NCBI GenBank assembly: GCA_964016885.1 | Contig: OZ024752.1 | Location: forward strand, 5,952,001 to 6,016,000 | Length of the DNA stretch: 64,000 nucleotides | From: Eledone cirrhosa | Taxonomy: Eukaryota | Reading direction: 5' to 3' | In this document: positions 39,893 to 53,859 of the stretch, in pieces | How the letters are laid out: each line of letters starts with the position of its first letter | Position numbering within the stretch: the first letter of the stretch is position 1 | The notes under the pieces: model-generated | Databases searched by the model: none | What the model saw: only the letters and a program-made list of their open reading frames with translations | What the model was told of the DNA's origin: nothing | Program-made: the position numbers and the translations under genes

Positions 39893-40966
39893 GTAACTTA
39901 TATTTCCTATATTTTTTTCAATGGATAAATTCACTATTACCATATTAGGGTTTTTTTTAACATCATTATTTAACATATGTATGAGTTGGTCAGGTCATTG
40001 CTTGATCGGAGTTAGTCCTCTCACTGACAAGCTAAAGGCCCATATCTTGTTTTTGGCATGGTTTCTATGGCTAGATACCTTTTCTATAATCAACTTGTAC
40101 AGTAAAAATAATTTTCCTTTTGCCATCTTTAAGAAAGGAAAGGAACCAAATGCCAGACCTGACCAAGGTTTCAATAAATCCATTGATATTTCCATTATTA
40201 ATACAATCTGCTGGTCACAACTCCTGGCAGAAGAAGGTGGGTTTTGAACTCAGTATGCATAGATCTGGTTGAAATACCACAAAGCATCTTATCCTAGTCT
40301 TTTTAACAATTCCACCATTAGACTAGCATTTTATTTATTGTCCCTTGAGGAAAAGTTGACCTCAGCAAGATTTTAACTTGTGAGCCAGAATAATTACCAA
40401 AGTATTAAGTCTGCTGCCTTAATGAGTCTATCAATTTGTCTCCTAAATATGGGATCTGTGAGAATTCTTCACAAATTAATTTGACAATTTTAGCCCAGTT
40501 TCTATGGAGTGTATACTTTCATTAGTAAATTCTGTTTTATTTTTATATAAAATATCCATTAATTACTAACTCTAGAATCTACTTACCTTTTCAAAACCTC
40601 AGGTAGATGTTGCCACATTGTCCCTGTGGACAGAATTACAAATATATTACCCCAGAAGACTGTGAAGGAGATGGGGTGAAAGAGCTAGTCAAACTTGTTC
40701 TTGTAGTTGACCATCTCTGTCCTGATCAAGTTGGGAGTTGGTTTGGGGACCTAGGTGACCAAATGTTCTCACCATTATGGGTTCAACAAGTCACTTCAAC
40801 TTTGTGGGGCTTATTCTTGCACAGGACCATCTTTGTCCCAGCCATAGTATGTAGGGAGATGGTTTGGGGACTGACATTTGAAAGTGCATCCCATGTGCAC
40901 TGCAGATGAATATGCATTATATTGTACTGATAATAAAAAGTAAGATGTGTTAGTCGTCTGTTGTAT

Positions 40967-41802
40967 AGTATGGTATCTAAGTCATTGTTTATACCATATA
41001 TGGTATCTAAGTCATTGTTTATACCATATATGGTATCTAAGTCATTGTCTATACCATATATGGTATCTAAGTCATTGTCTATACCATATATGGTATCTAA
41101 GTCATTGTCTATACCATATATGGTATCTAAGTCATTGTCTATACCATATATGGTATCTAAGTCATTGTCTATACCATATATGGTATCTAAGTCATTGTTT
41201 ATACCATATATGGTATCTAAGTCATTGTTTATACCATATATGGTATCTAAGTCATTGTCTATACCATATATGATGTCTAAGTCATTGTCTATACCATATA
41301 TGGTATCTAAGTCATTGTTTATACCATATATGGTATCTAAGTCATTGTTTATACCATATATGGTATCTAAGTCATTGTCTATACCATATATGGTATCTAA
41401 GTCATTGTTTATACCATATATGGTATCTAAGTCATTGTCTATACCATATATGGTATCTAAGTCATTGTCTATACCATATATGGTATCTAAGTCATTGTCT
41501 ATACCATATATGGTATCTAAGTCATTGTCTATACCATATATGGTATCTAAGTCATTGTCTATACCATATATGGTATCTAAGTCATTGTTTATACCATATA
41601 TGGTATCTAAGTCATTGTCTATACCATATATGGTATCTAAGTCATTGTCTATACCATATATGGTATCTAAGTCATTGTTTATACCATATATGATGTCTAA
41701 GTCATTGTTTATACCATATATGGTATCTAAGTCATTGTCTAGACCATATATGGTATCTAAGTCATTCTTTATACCATATATGGTATCTAAGTCATTGTCT
41801 AT
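40967..41802. repeat. 30-bp minisatellite, ~28 copies, containing the 16-bp palindrome ataccatatatggtat
   Basis: Unit tggtatctaagtcattgt(c/t)tataccatata. Confidence 0.95.
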
Positions 41803-41825
41803 TGTATAATTTTATTTGTTTACAG

Positions 41826-41975
41826 ATCTTTCCAGCTGTACTTCGTGCTCTGAACAATAAAGTAGCTCGACTGGCCCTCACCCAAGAACTTAGTTACCAT
41901 ATTCAGAGCAACAGGGCAATGCTGGAGCACCAGCAATTTGATTTGGTGGTGCGACTTCTCAACTGTGCATTACAG
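41826..41975 (+). CDS. SBF2: Sbf exon J: [50 protein letters not shown]
   Basis: tttacag acceptor, CAG|gtaagt donor, 150 nt. Confidence 0.94.
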
Positions 41976-42119
41976 GTAAGTAATAACTCAACCTGATTTC
42001 TTACCTGTATATTACAGGTGAATGATTGCTATTAACATGACACCTGTTTCTACCATAAATTAACATCAATCATTACTTATCAATCTTTCTACCATAAATT
42101 ACTATCAGTCATTTAAAGT

Positions 42120-42390
42120 GGAGGTGCCTGACCCAGTGGTGGGGATGTAGAACTTACAATCGTTATGTTGTGGGTTTGGTTCCTGGACTGGGTCGCATGT
42201 TGTGTTCATTTCACATTGCTCCAGGATACTCACCTGGAAATGAGTACCAGTAATACCTGAAGGTTTAACCCTGCAATGGACTGGTGTCCTGTCCAGGAGA
42301 AAGTTGTGTACTCTCAGTGGTTTCCTGCCATGGAAACCAGGCTAAGTGCTGGCCTGACGAGTCTTCAGGGCTTGAGACAGATTTTAGATT
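42120..42390 (+). mobile_element. tRNA-derived SINE (family 2)
   Basis: Inverted similarity to 2490-2750. Confidence 0.55.
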
Positions 42391-42406
42391 ACTCATCAAT
42401 TTTCTG

Positions 42407-45400
42407 TCCATAAACTACTACCAGTTACTAGTTCTACTATAAACTACTACCAGTTACTAGTTCTACCATAAACTACTACCAGTTACTAGTTCTACTATAA
42501 ACTACTACCAGTTACTAGTTCTACTATAAACTACTACCAGGTACTAGTTCTACTATAAACTACTACCAGGTACTAGTTCTACTATAAACTACTACCAGGT
42601 ACTAGTTCTACTATAAACTACTACCAGGTACTAGTTCTACTATAAACTACTACCAGTTACTAGTTCTACCATAAACTACTACCAGTTACTAGTTCTACTA
42701 TAAACTACTACCAGTTACTAGTTCTACTATAAACTACTACCAGGTACTAGTTCTACTATAAACTACTACCAGGTACTAGTTCTACTATAAACTACTACCA
42801 GGTACTAGTTCTACCATAAACTACTACCAGTTACTAGTTCTACTATAAACTACTACCAGTTACTAGTTCTACTATAAACTACTACCAGGTACTAGTTCTA
42901 CTATAAACTACTACCAGGTACTAGTTCTACTATAAACTACTACCAGGTACTAGTTCTACTATAAACTACTACCAGGTACTAGTTCTACTATAAACTACTA
43001 CCAGGTACTAGTTCTACTATAAACTACTACCAGGTACTAGTTCTACCATAAACTACTACCAGTTACTAGTTCTACTATAAACTACTACCAGGTACTAGTT
43101 CTACTATAAACTACTACCAGGTACTAGTTCTACTATAAACTACTACCAGTTACTAGTTCTACTATAAACTACTACCAGGTACTAGTTCTACCATAAACTA
43201 CTACCAGTTACTAGTTCTACTATAAACTACTACCAGTTATTAGTTCTACTATAAACTACTACCAGGTACTAGTTCTACTATAATCTACTACCAGGTACTA
43301 GTTCTACCATAAACTACTACCAGTTACTAGTTCTACTATAAACTACTACCAGTTACTAGTTCTACTATAAACTACTACCAGTTACTAGTTCTACTATAAA
43401 CTACTACCAGGTACTAGTTCTACCATAAACTACTACCAGTTACTAGTTCTACTATAAACTACTACCAGTTACTAGTTCTACTATAAACTACTACCAGGTA
43501 CTAGTTCTACTATAAACTACTACCAGTTACTAGTTCTACCATAAACTACTACCAGTTACTAGTTCTACTATAAACTACTACCAGGTACTAGTTCTACCAT
43601 AAACTACTACCAGTTACTAGTTCTACTATAAACTACTACCAGGTACTAGTTCTACTATAAACTACTACCAGTTACTAGTTCTACTATAAACTACTACCAG
43701 GTACTAATTCTACCATAAACTACTACCAGTTACTAGTTCTACTATAAACTACTACCAGTTACTAGTTCTACCATAAACTACTACCAGTTAGTAGTTCTAC
43801 CATAAACTACTACCAGTTACTAGTTCTACTATAAACTACTACCAGTTACTAGTTCTACCATAAACTACTACCAGATACTAGTTCTACTATAAACTACTAC
43901 CAGTTACTATTTCTACCATAAACTACTACCAGGTACTAGTTCTACCATAAACTACTACCAGGTACTAGTTCTACTATAAACTACTACCAGGTACTAGTTC
44001 TACTATAAACTACTACCAGTTACTAGTTCTACCATAAACTACTACCAGGTACTAGTTCTACCATAAACTACTACCAGGTACTAGTTCTACTATAAACTAC
44101 TACCAGGTACTAGTTCTACCATAAACTACTACCAGTTACTAGTTCTACCATAAACTACTACCAGTTACTAGTTCTACTATAAACTACTACCAGTTACTAG
44201 TTCTACTATAAACTACTACCAGTTACTAGTTCTACTATAAACTACTACCAGTTACTAGTTCTACTATAAACTACTACCAGTTACTAGTTCTACTATAAAC
44301 TACTACCAGTTAGTAGTTCTACCATAAACTACTACCAGTTACTAGTTCTACTATAAACTACTACCAGTTACTAGTTCTACTATAAACTACTACCAGTTAC
44401 TAGTTCTACTATAAACTACTACCAGTTATTAGTTCTACTATAAACTACTACCAGGTACTAGTTCTACTATAATCTACTACCAGGTACTAGTTCTACCATA
44501 AACTACTACCAGTTACTAGTTCTACTATAAACTACTACCAGGTACTAGTTCGACTATAAACTACTACCAGTTACTAGTTCTACTATAAACTACTACCAGG
44601 TACTAGTTCTACCATAAACTACTACCAGTTACTAGTTCTACTATAAACTACTACCAGTTACTAGTTCTACTATAAACTACTACCAGGTACTAGTTCTACT
44701 ATAAACTACTACCAGGTACTAGTTCTACCATAAACTACTACCAGTTACTAGTTCTACTATAAACTACTACCAGTTACTAGTTCTACTATAAACTACTACC
44801 AGGTACTAGTTCTACTATAAACTACTACCAGGTACTAGTTCTACCATAAACTACTACCAGTTACTAGTTCTACTATAAACTACTACCAGTTACTAGTTCT
44901 ACTATAAACTACTACCAGGTACTAGTTCTACTATAAACTACTACCAGGTACTAGTTCTACCATAAACTACTACCAGTTACTAGTTCTACTATAAACTACT
45001 ACCAGGTACTAGTTCTACCATAAACTACTACCAGTTACTAGTTCTACTATAAACTACTACCAGGTACTAGTTCTACTATAAACTACTACCAGTTACTAGT
45101 TCTACTATAAACTACTACTAGGTACTAATTCTACCATAAACTACTACCAGTTACTAGTTCTACTATAAACTACTACCAGTTACTAGTTCTACCATAAACT
45201 ACTACCAGTTAGTAGTTCTACCATAAACTACTACCAGTTAGTAGTTCTACCATAAACTACTACCAGTTAGTAGTTCTACCATAAACTACTACCAGTTACT
45301 AGTTCTACTATAAACTACTACCAGTTACTAGTTCTACCATAAACTACTACCAGGTACTAGTTCTACCATAAACTACTACCAGTTACTAGTTCTACCATAA

Positions 45401-45520
45401 ACTACTACCAGGTACTAGTTCTACCATAAACTACTACCAGGTACTAGTTCTACTATAAACTACTACCAGGTACTAGTTCTTCTATAAACTACTACCAGTT
45501 ACTAGTTCTACCATAAACTA
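42407..45520. repeat. 29-bp satellite (ctactataaactactaccag(t/g)tactagtt), ~107 copies
   Basis: Read directly. Confidence 0.96.
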
Positions 45521-45577
45521 ACCATTAACCATTCCTCAGTTCTACCATAAATGATTTTCCAATGATTTTTCTTGCAG

Positions 45578-45646
45578 AATGATTCCAGCATGGACGAAAA
45601 TGGTGTAGCATACGCCATATTGCCTCTGGCAACCTCTTTCTGTCGT
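45578..45646 (+). CDS. SBF2: Sbf exon K: NDSSMDENGVAYAILPLATSFCR
   Basis: tttcttgcag acceptor, gtaagt donor, 69 nt. Confidence 0.92.
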
Positions 45647-46153
45647 GTAAGTGAAACTTCTAGAATATTGAGTGGTATGGTGTGGTGTGGTGGTGGGGTG
45701 GGTGTGGTGTGGTGTAGTGTGGGGTCGTGTGGTGGGATGGATGGGGTGTGGTGGTGTAGTGGTGTGTGTGGTAGGGTGGGGTGGTGTGGTATAGTGTACT
45801 AGTGTTGTGGTATGGTGTAGTATTGGTATGTGGTATAGTGGTGTGGGGTGGTAGTGGTGGGGTGTAGTAAGGTGGTGTAGTGTAGTAAGTGATGCCTATA
45901 GTTTATATGGGGTGTTGTGTTTGTGTCTTGATAAAATGGAACCAGTCCACTCTACAAAGTGGTAGTACTGGTGCCATGAAAAATGCACCTAGTACAACCT
46001 GTAAGGTGCCAAATAAGGAACATAATGAGCAAGTTAGGTCTTATCAACCCATCTACTCTTGGAATGTGACAACTTGTCAGACCCATACTAACATGGTAAG
46101 TGGCTGTATATTGTTAAAGGTAATGAATATATTTATGTGGTTTTTTTTTTCAG

Positions 46154-46357
46154 AAATTGTGCACCGGCGTAATCCAGTTTGCGTACACTTGTGTACAAGA
46201 ACATGCAGTGTGGAGAAACAATCAGTTCTGGGAAGCTTCATTTTATCTGGACGTCCAAAAAGAAATCCGTCAACTCTATCTGCCTCATTATGAGGAACAT
46301 TTTGTTGCAGAAAATACACGAGAAGAGGCAAAGAGTACAAGCTATGGTCGAGATTCA
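46154..46357 (+). CDS. SBF2: Sbf exon L (SBF2 domain): [43 protein letters not shown]...GRDS
   Basis: T-rich cag acceptor, gtaagt donor, 204 nt. Confidence 0.94.
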
Positions 46358-46629
46358 GTAAGTATAGCTTCTTTGACACTTGGTTTACCACTTGCTACTA
46401 CTAAACCTCTCCAAAGTCTTGATTATTTTCAAAATTATTTGAAAATCATAGGCAGTATATTTCATCTGAAATATGGTAAATAAAGGGTTAAAAGGTTAAA
46501 TAGGTCTAAACATATAAATGTTTCTATTTTATAATTGAGATAGATCTCAAGTGATGTGCCAGCTTCAGCATTCAGTAATCAGAAATGGGAGGGGTGTAAA
46601 AGCCAGACTTGCTGTCTTTAATTCGATAT

Positions 46630-46830
46630 TTGTGTCAACCCTTGCCTGTCTATGGTTATGAATCTTGGATAATGACCGGAAGAATACAATTGTGAATACA
46701 AGCGGCCGAAATAGGATTCCTGTGAAGGGTCTTCAGAGTAACATTACTCAATTGAGTCTGTGGCTCAGAGATGAGAGAGTTGCTCAAGGTAAAGCTGTTA
46801 CTTCTCTGAATTGAGAGATCACAGCTTTCT
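46630..46830 (+). mobile_element. RTE-like LINE fragment
   Basis: ctatggttatgaatcttggataatgac matches the start of the 58700 element. Confidence 0.55.
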
Positions 46831-47198
46831 TAGGAAAGAATTGCTGGACAGATTTTATTGGGTGTCAGGAATTGTAAGTGGAAGAAGTGATAGCAAACTA
46901 GTTAAAGTAGATGTCAGAAACAAAGGAGATGACAAAGAGGCAAGAGGAAGGAAGATGTGGGAGAGGAAGACTAAGGAAGATGTGGGAGAGGAAGACTAAG
47001 GAAGATGTGGGAGAGGAAGTAAGGAAGATTTTGTTGGAGGTGGTGAAAGCTGATCTTACAAAGGAGATAATAAAAAGTTGAGGGATGGTATGGTGGGGAG
47101 TACTTGTCTAAGCCTTATAAACAACTTCCAAAATGAAGCTGAGGATGATAACAGTGAAATGTTGTCTTAACTAAAACTTCTCTTTCTTGTTTCCACAG

Positions 47199-47309
47199 AG
47201 TTTAGATCCTTCAAGGAGCAAATCATGTACACCAGACACACACCGGCGGTCAGCTCCAAGTCTTTTTCGACCAAAAGAAATTGGAGCTCTTGATATCGCA
47301 GCGGAGCAG
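47199..47309 (+). CDS. SBF2: Sbf exon M: SLDPSRSKSCTPDTHRRSAPSLFRPKEIGALDIAAEQ
   Basis: tttccacag acceptor, CAG|gtaata donor, 111 nt; ALDIAAEQ-LRIWP continuity. Confidence 0.9.
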
Positions 47310-47377
47310 GTAATATGTCATATCTATTGATTTATCAATTCACTTTGATAATTTTTATAATTATTTTTGGTTTAACA

Positions 47378-47892
47378 TACCTGTATATATCTGGTTTAAA
47401 ATAGGTACACTTTACCCCTATGTGTATCTGGTTTAAAATAGGTACACTGTATTCCTGAATGTACTTGGCTGAGAATAGGTACACCATATCCCTGTGTGTA
47501 CCTGGTTTACAATAGGTACACTGTATCCCTGTGTGTATCTAGTTTAGAATAAGTACACTGTATCCCTGTGTGTATCTAGTTTAGAATAAGTACACTGTAT
47601 CCCTGTGTGTATCTGGTTTACAATAGGTACACTGTGTCCCTGTGTATGTCTGGTTTAGAATAAGTACACTGTATCCCTGTGTGTATCTAGTTTAGAATAA
47701 GTACACTGTATCCCTGTGTGTATCTAGTTTAGAATAAGTACACTGTATCCCTGTGTATGTCTGGTTTACAATAGGTACACTGTACCACTGAATATCTGGT
47801 TTACAATAGGTACACCGTACCACTGAATATCTGGTTTACAATAGGTACACCATATCTCTGACTATCAGGTTTAGAACAGGTACACTGTATCA
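47378..47892. repeat. ~37-bp diverged minisatellite, ~14 copies
   Basis: tacactgtatccctgtgtgtatctagtttagaataag. Confidence 0.9.
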
Positions 47893-48059
47893 CATTTTTC
47901 CATCTCTAAGGGTAATTTATCAGATTTTCTCAACTATTACCTATAGGGATCAACAATAACTATTACCATTATTCCTTAGGGACTCTCACATTTTAAACAC
48001 ACCCAACACTGATAAATATGGAAGGTTTATTTATGTCTGATGTTATTTTTGTGTTGTAG

Positions 48060-48256
48060 CTAAGAATTTGGCCGAATCTTAGCAAAGAACAACAAGAAGA
48101 GATGGTGAACAACGAAGAGTCAACTGTATACAGTCAGGCTATTCACTATGCCAACCGTATGGTGTATATGATGATTCCCCTTGATGTCAACCGAAGAGAC
48201 AAAAACACTGTTGGCTTTGATGAGAAATGTGCTAGCAACAGCAATATAACTGCAAG
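48060..48256 (+). CDS. SBF2: Sbf exon N: LRIWPNLSKEQQEEMVNNEESTVYSQAIHYANRMVYMMIPLDVN...SNSNITA
   Basis: ttgtag acceptor, AG|gtatct donor; ends in phase 2. Confidence 0.93.
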
Positions 48257-48441
48257 GTATCTCTCTCTCTGTTTCTCCCTCCCCCTCTCTGCCTCTCTCT
48301 TTCTCTATCTGCCCCCCCCCCCCTCTCTGTCTCTATCTCTGCAATATGGAACACTTCATGTCTCTGGTCCTCATATCTCAAGACATTGGTAAATTTACTG
48401 AAAGCATTCTATCCGACATCTTAATGGCTCTGCCAATTCGC

Positions 48442-48477
<36 letters not shown>

Positions 48478-49387
48478 ATACTTGGGGAGGGTCATATTTG
48501 TGTAATAATATTGCCAGAATTAATAACAGAACACACTCACTGTTTGGTTGGTTTTCACTTCTGTCTCCTTTATATCAGTTAATTTAATTTATTCGGTCCT
48601 CAATGTTACCATTGACTGACCAACGGTCAAAAATACAGATGCAATATAGACACAAACACATATATATAGTCTAACAAAGTTCTTTCGTTGCACATCTGCA
48701 ACATCGTCAGTGGTGCTATTGTTTCCTCCCGTTGCATTGTATGCCTACGCCATCTTTGGCAATATTATTACACAAATATGGCCCTCCCCAAGTATAACAA
48801 TATTTGTTTCGACACACGGTTTCATATCAAAATCCTCGCAAAACTAATATATATATATATATATATAATCAAGGTTTAGCAAATAATAAAAAGTTTTAAA
48901 ATAAATTTTAAAAGGTTCACTGTACCTGCTATAATTACCCTTACCGCACGGTTTCAAGTCTCAAAATAAATGGATAATCCATGCGGAAATCCATTGAGAA
49001 GAAGACTTTCGTCAGAGGGTTCTTCTCACTCGGAGAATATAAAATTCCCAAGTTCAAATCCCGAACTGGCGCCATACAGAACTGTTCCCGGATGAGAGTG
49101 TATGATGATGAAACAATTTTGTCTAATATATTTATATAAAGATAGATGTTAAACGATGATGATGATGATGATAAAAGACCATGGTGGTGAATTGCTTGGA
49201 TCAACCAACACTGATTATTGAAATAAAGACTGGGAAGATCACAGATCTGAGGAGTACTTGATGCAATGCATGATGAGATGTGAAGTGGGTTTATTGAAGA
49301 GGTAGAACCTTAACTGCAAGTCCTGTCTGGATTACCCTCCAAAATATGGTTACAGAAAGACCTAACGTGTTAATTTTCTATTCCCAG

Positions 49388-49554
49388 CCTTGCCGAGAGT
49401 GACAGTCTTGATGCTGAAAGTGGGTTTGATGAGAGTGAAGCCTCTGATGTCGGTGCCAACGCTATTCGATTTGTAACTCGATTTGTTGACAAAGTGTGCA
49501 GTGAAAGCAATGTAACTCAAGAGCATCTTAAATCACTACATCAGATGATTCCAG
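49388..49554 (+). CDS. SBF2: Sbf exon O: [55 protein letters not shown]
   Basis: ttcccag acceptor, G|gtaaat donor; ESGF and RFVDKVC motifs. Confidence 0.93.
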
Positions 49555-49716
49555 GTAAATATAACCATGCACCATTACTGCTTGCTACCCTCTTGTCTTT
49601 AGAATTTTACCTTACATCATATACAAGTTGATCTTAAGATTAGCTCAAAATTCTGTGTTGGGCCTATGTCGTATTTTCTTGTGTATACGAAACATTTTGA
49701 ACTAAAATTAAAGGTA

Positions 49717-49906
49717 AAGTGGGGGAGGGGTCATTTTATACACAAGTGGGGGAGGGGTCGTTCTATACACAAGTGGGGGAGGGGTCATTTTATACACAAT
49801 TGGGCGAGAGGTCATTTTATACAGAAGTGGGGGAAGGCTCGTTTTATACACAATTGGGCGAGGGGTCATTTTATACACAAGTGGGAGAAGGGTCGTTTTA
49901 TACACA
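49717..49906. repeat. 27-bp G-rich minisatellite, 7 copies
   Basis: aagtgggggaggggtcattttatacac. Confidence 0.9.
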
Positions 49907-49976
49907 CTTGTACCTTGTATTTCATAGTAGTTTCTTTGAGTGTTTAGAAATGTCTAAGATATTTGCTTCGTTACAG

Positions 49977-50050
49977 GTGTGGTTGCCATGCACATTGAAA
50001 CACTGGAGTCAATTCACAGAGAAAGCAAGCGTCTCCCTCCTATCCAAAAG
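49977..50050 (+). CDS. SBF2: Sbf exon P: (G)[24 protein letters not shown]
   Basis: ttacag acceptor, AAG|gtgagt donor; [19 protein letters not shown] motif. Confidence 0.94.
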
Positions 50051-50280
50051 GTGAGTTAACGACTTTTATTCTTCAGAATCAAAAGGATTTGTATTTTAGT
50101 TTCAGTCATTAGACTGTGGCCATGCTGTGGCAGTACCTAGTATTAGCCTCAGTCATTAGACACACACACACACGCACACACATATACTTACACATGCACT
50201 CACATGACAGACTTCTGTAATTTCTGTCTATCAAATTCCCCAACGGGGAACTCTTTAATCAAGTGAACTCTTTAACGAAA

Positions 50281-50979
50281 CACCCACACCTGTATCTATA
50301 TATTATATAATACCCACATACCCACACCTGTATCTATATATTATATAATACTCACACCTGTATCTATATATTATATAATACCCACACCTGTATCTATATA
50401 TTATATAATACCCACACCTGTATCTATATATTATATAATACCCACACCTGTATCTATATATTATATAATACCCACACCTGTATCTATATATTATATAATA
50501 CCCACACCTGTATCTATATATTATATAATACTCACACGTGTATCTATATATTATATAATACCCACACCTGTATCTATATATTATATAATACCCACACACC
50601 CACACCTGTATCTATATATTATATAATACCCACACCTGTATCTATATATTATATAATACCCACACACCCACACCTGTATCTATATATTATATAATACCCA
50701 CACACCCACACCTGTATCTATATATTATATAATACCCACACCTGTATCTATATATTATATAATACCCACACACCCACACCTGTATCTATATATTATATAA
50801 TACCCACACACCCACACCTGTATCTATATATTATATAATACCCACACACCCACACCTGTATCTATATATTATATAATACCCACACACCCACACCTGTATC
50901 TATATATTATATAATACCCACACACCCACACCTGTATCTATATATTATATAATACCCACACACTCACACCTGTATCCAT
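50281..50979. repeat. 30/36-bp minisatellite (cccacacctgtatctatatattatataata), ~21 copies
   Basis: Read directly. Confidence 0.93.
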
Positions 50980-51249
50980 CAGGGCAAAGGGTGCGTGCAT
51001 GCAGTGCATGCGTTGTAGAATCTTGAGTTGATCAATTGCGTCAGTTGAAGCAAGCAGAACTTTGGCTGCTTACTAAATCGTAGACACATAAAAAGATAAC
51101 ACACACACACACTAGATAACACTACGGCTTTGACCGGGAGGGTCATTTAGAGGGAATGGGGGGGGGGGGGGTGTAAGGCTACACAGCCCCACTTTCCGCC
51201 ATGGTTATTGGACTGCATGCCCTGCTTTCCAGGTTACCCTACGCCACTG
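50980..51249. mobile_element. 270-bp hAT-type MITE
   Basis: Perfect 8-bp TSD gtatccat (50972-50979 and 51250-51257); imperfect TIR cagggcaaagggt / accctacgccactg. Confidence 0.8.
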
Positions 51250-51365
51250 GTATCCATATATCATATATTACTGAACTACCTGTACCTATATATAATATAT
51301 TAACCACATACCCACACCTGTACCTATATATAATATATTAACCACATACCCACACCTGTACCTAT

Positions 51366-52446
51366 CATCATCATCATCATCATCATCAACGTTTAACGTC
51401 CGTGTTCCACGCTTGCATGGGTTTGGACGGGGGTAGTCCCACTTGAGGCAAGAGTGATTGTCTTGCTCGCATAGGACTGTCTGGCAGGTTTTCTACAGTT
51501 GGATGCCCTTCCTAACACCAACCACATTTACAGTGTGGGTCTGGGAGGTTTTTACCGTGTTGCCTACACGGCCACATTACAGCGTGGACTGTGTTTTTTT
51601 GTCGTGACACCTACACGATCTCATTTGTTTCGGCCTCGATGGCGCGGCACCAACATAACTTTACATAGAACGGGGTGGTGTGGATGGGGTGGGGGCGGGG
51701 GTGGTGGGACGGGGTGTATTTTGTTAGAGATGCCTACTGGCTGGAGTAGGTTTTACTATATATTTAGGTAAGGCGGGTCTTCTCTGTTACTGAGTACCGC
51801 CAAAGGTCTCGGTCCAGTGACATTGTCTTGGAGAGGTGTAAGTGTGTGATGTCGGAGTTTATCAGCTCGTCCCAGGTTTTTCTAGGTCTGCCTATTCCGT
51901 GACTACCGTCTATCTTTATTGCCCTGCACTTTGTTATACAGCTATCGACTTTCATGCGCATCACGTGTCCATACCAACGTAGCCTTCTCTCGAGTAAACA
52001 ACATCTGATCCCTCTTATCTCTAATTTTTTCCTTAGTTCGTTTATGCTTTGCCGTTCACGTATATTACTGTTACACATCCAGCGGAGCATGCAAGCTTCG
52101 TTCCTCTCTAGTCTGCGTGTATCCTCTGCACACAATGCCCAGGTCTCACTGCCATGCAGCATTGCTGTTCGTATGCAGGCATCGTACAACCTGCCTTTCA
52201 TTTTTAGTGAGAACCCTTTAGCAGCTAATAGTGGTATAAGCTCTCTGAACTTTTTCCAACCAGTTCTGACTCTAGCTACAGTACTTTCAGAGCACCCTCC
52301 CCCACTGCTGATTTTATCGCCCAGGTAACGGAAGCTGTCCACTATTTCTATAGAACCCTCTGCGCAATTGAAAGAGCTAGTAGTTTGTGGGCACTTGCTG
52401 CTACTTATTGCACCAGAGCACCGGCCACATGTAAAATCTATGTTCT
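51366..52446 (-). mobile_element. 5'-truncated RTE (BovB-like) LINE with an intact C-terminal ORF and (GAT)n tail
   Basis: ORF 51764-52492 closely parallels 3439-4110; flanked by a ~28-bp direct repeat ttaaccacatacccacacctgtacctat. Confidence 0.92.
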
Positions 52447-52635
52447 TTAACCACATACCCACACCTGTACCTATATATAATATATTAACCACATACCCAC
52501 ACCTGTACCTATATATAATATATTAACCACATACCAACACCTGTACCTATATATAATATATTAACCACATACCCACACCTGTACCTATATATAATATATT
52601 AACCACATACCCACACCTGTACCTATATATAATAT
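52447..52635. repeat. 38-bp minisatellite, ~5 copies; 2 more copies at 51278-51365 on the other side of the LINE
   Basis: taaccacatacccacacctgtacctatatataatatat. Confidence 0.9.
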
Positions 52636-52684
52636 AATATTATTGTGTTAAATTTGTATTAAATGCTTTTATATTTTATTATAG

Positions 52685-52880
52685 CCTAAGATATTGGCAC
52701 CAACAACTCTACCTGGAGAAGAAATTGTTATACATGGTTTACGTGTCTACCTGTTACCTGATGGACGTGAGGAAGGTGTTGGGGGATCATTGGGAGGCCC
52801 TTGCTTATTACCTGCTGAAGGAGCTGTATTCCTTACTACCTACAGGATCATCTTTAAAGGAATACCTTGTGATCCTCTTG
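52685..52880 (+). CDS. SBF2: Sbf exon Q (GRAM): [65 protein letters not shown]
   Basis: tttattatag acceptor, G|gtaaga donor. Confidence 0.95.
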
Positions 52881-53573
52881 GTAAGAACAAATTAATCTTG
52901 CTTTTAACCATTTTAGGCACCATTCCACTCAAACCCAGCACTGATTCTATGAAACAGTTTTGCTCATTTAAAAGGGTTCCTATTTAAATTAAAATCCCCA
53001 ACATAATTTTATAGAAGAACTATATAAAATAATGAATAATTCTAACAATTCCTGCAAAATTTGTATGAACTATTTTGATATCAACTTAACCAAAACCTAC
53101 TCTGGTTCTATGAAATAAAGCCACTCATTTTAAAGGGTTCTCTTTAAATATACAGCATCATATAAATTAGAATTGGTGTTATTCTCCATCAGACCTGACT
53201 CTCAGCAACGGGAATTAACATCTTGAAGCATAAGAACTATATAAGAATTATATGTTAAGTCACAATCTTAGGTTAAAGAAAAATTAATTTTGTTTCTGTT
53301 GAATATATAACTTTTGATTTTTGCCGAGCCAATGAGGGGATCTCATTGTAGGTATTTGAATTGCTAAAAATAATAGACAAATCTCCCTCAAATCATTCAT
53401 CATCATCATTTTTATGTCCGTTTTTCCACACTTGTATTCATTGGACAGGTCCTTTTCAACAGCAGTCCTTAAATGATGATGATAATAATAAAGATATACC
53501 CCCCTTATTAAAACCTCTTCTAAAATGTTGAACTCTGAATTGTTTCTTAACGGTACCCCATGTTTTTCAACAG

Positions 53574-53707
53574 CCTGTGAACAGATTGTGGTGCGTTGTT
53601 TCCCCGTATCTACGCTCACCCGAGAGAAGCGAGTCAGTGTCCAGTATTTACAACATCTGGATCAGTGGTTACACGAAGGTTTACAGTTACGCTCCAACAT
53701 CTTTCAG
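53574..53707 (+). CDS. SBF2: Sbf exon R: (A)CEQIVVRCFPVSTLTREKRVSVQYLQHLDQWLHEGLQLRSNIFQ
   Basis: tttttcaacag acceptor, CAG|gtaagt donor. Confidence 0.93.
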
Positions 53708-53859
53708 GTAAGTGTTGTTTAATTTACTTTTTGGTGTAGTGGAGTTGGTGTCGTCTGGGGGTTTGGTCGCACCCTCTCGCTGCTTTCCACGAAGGTTTAT
53801 GGCAGAAGAATAGACTGACCATTAGCCACAAAGCGAGAATATAACTTAACCCTTTACTG

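Noticed and set aside
10296-45520. CRISPR-like appearance of the regular arrays
   Set aside because: Head-to-tail units without unique spacers, no cas genes, and a eukaryotic intron context.
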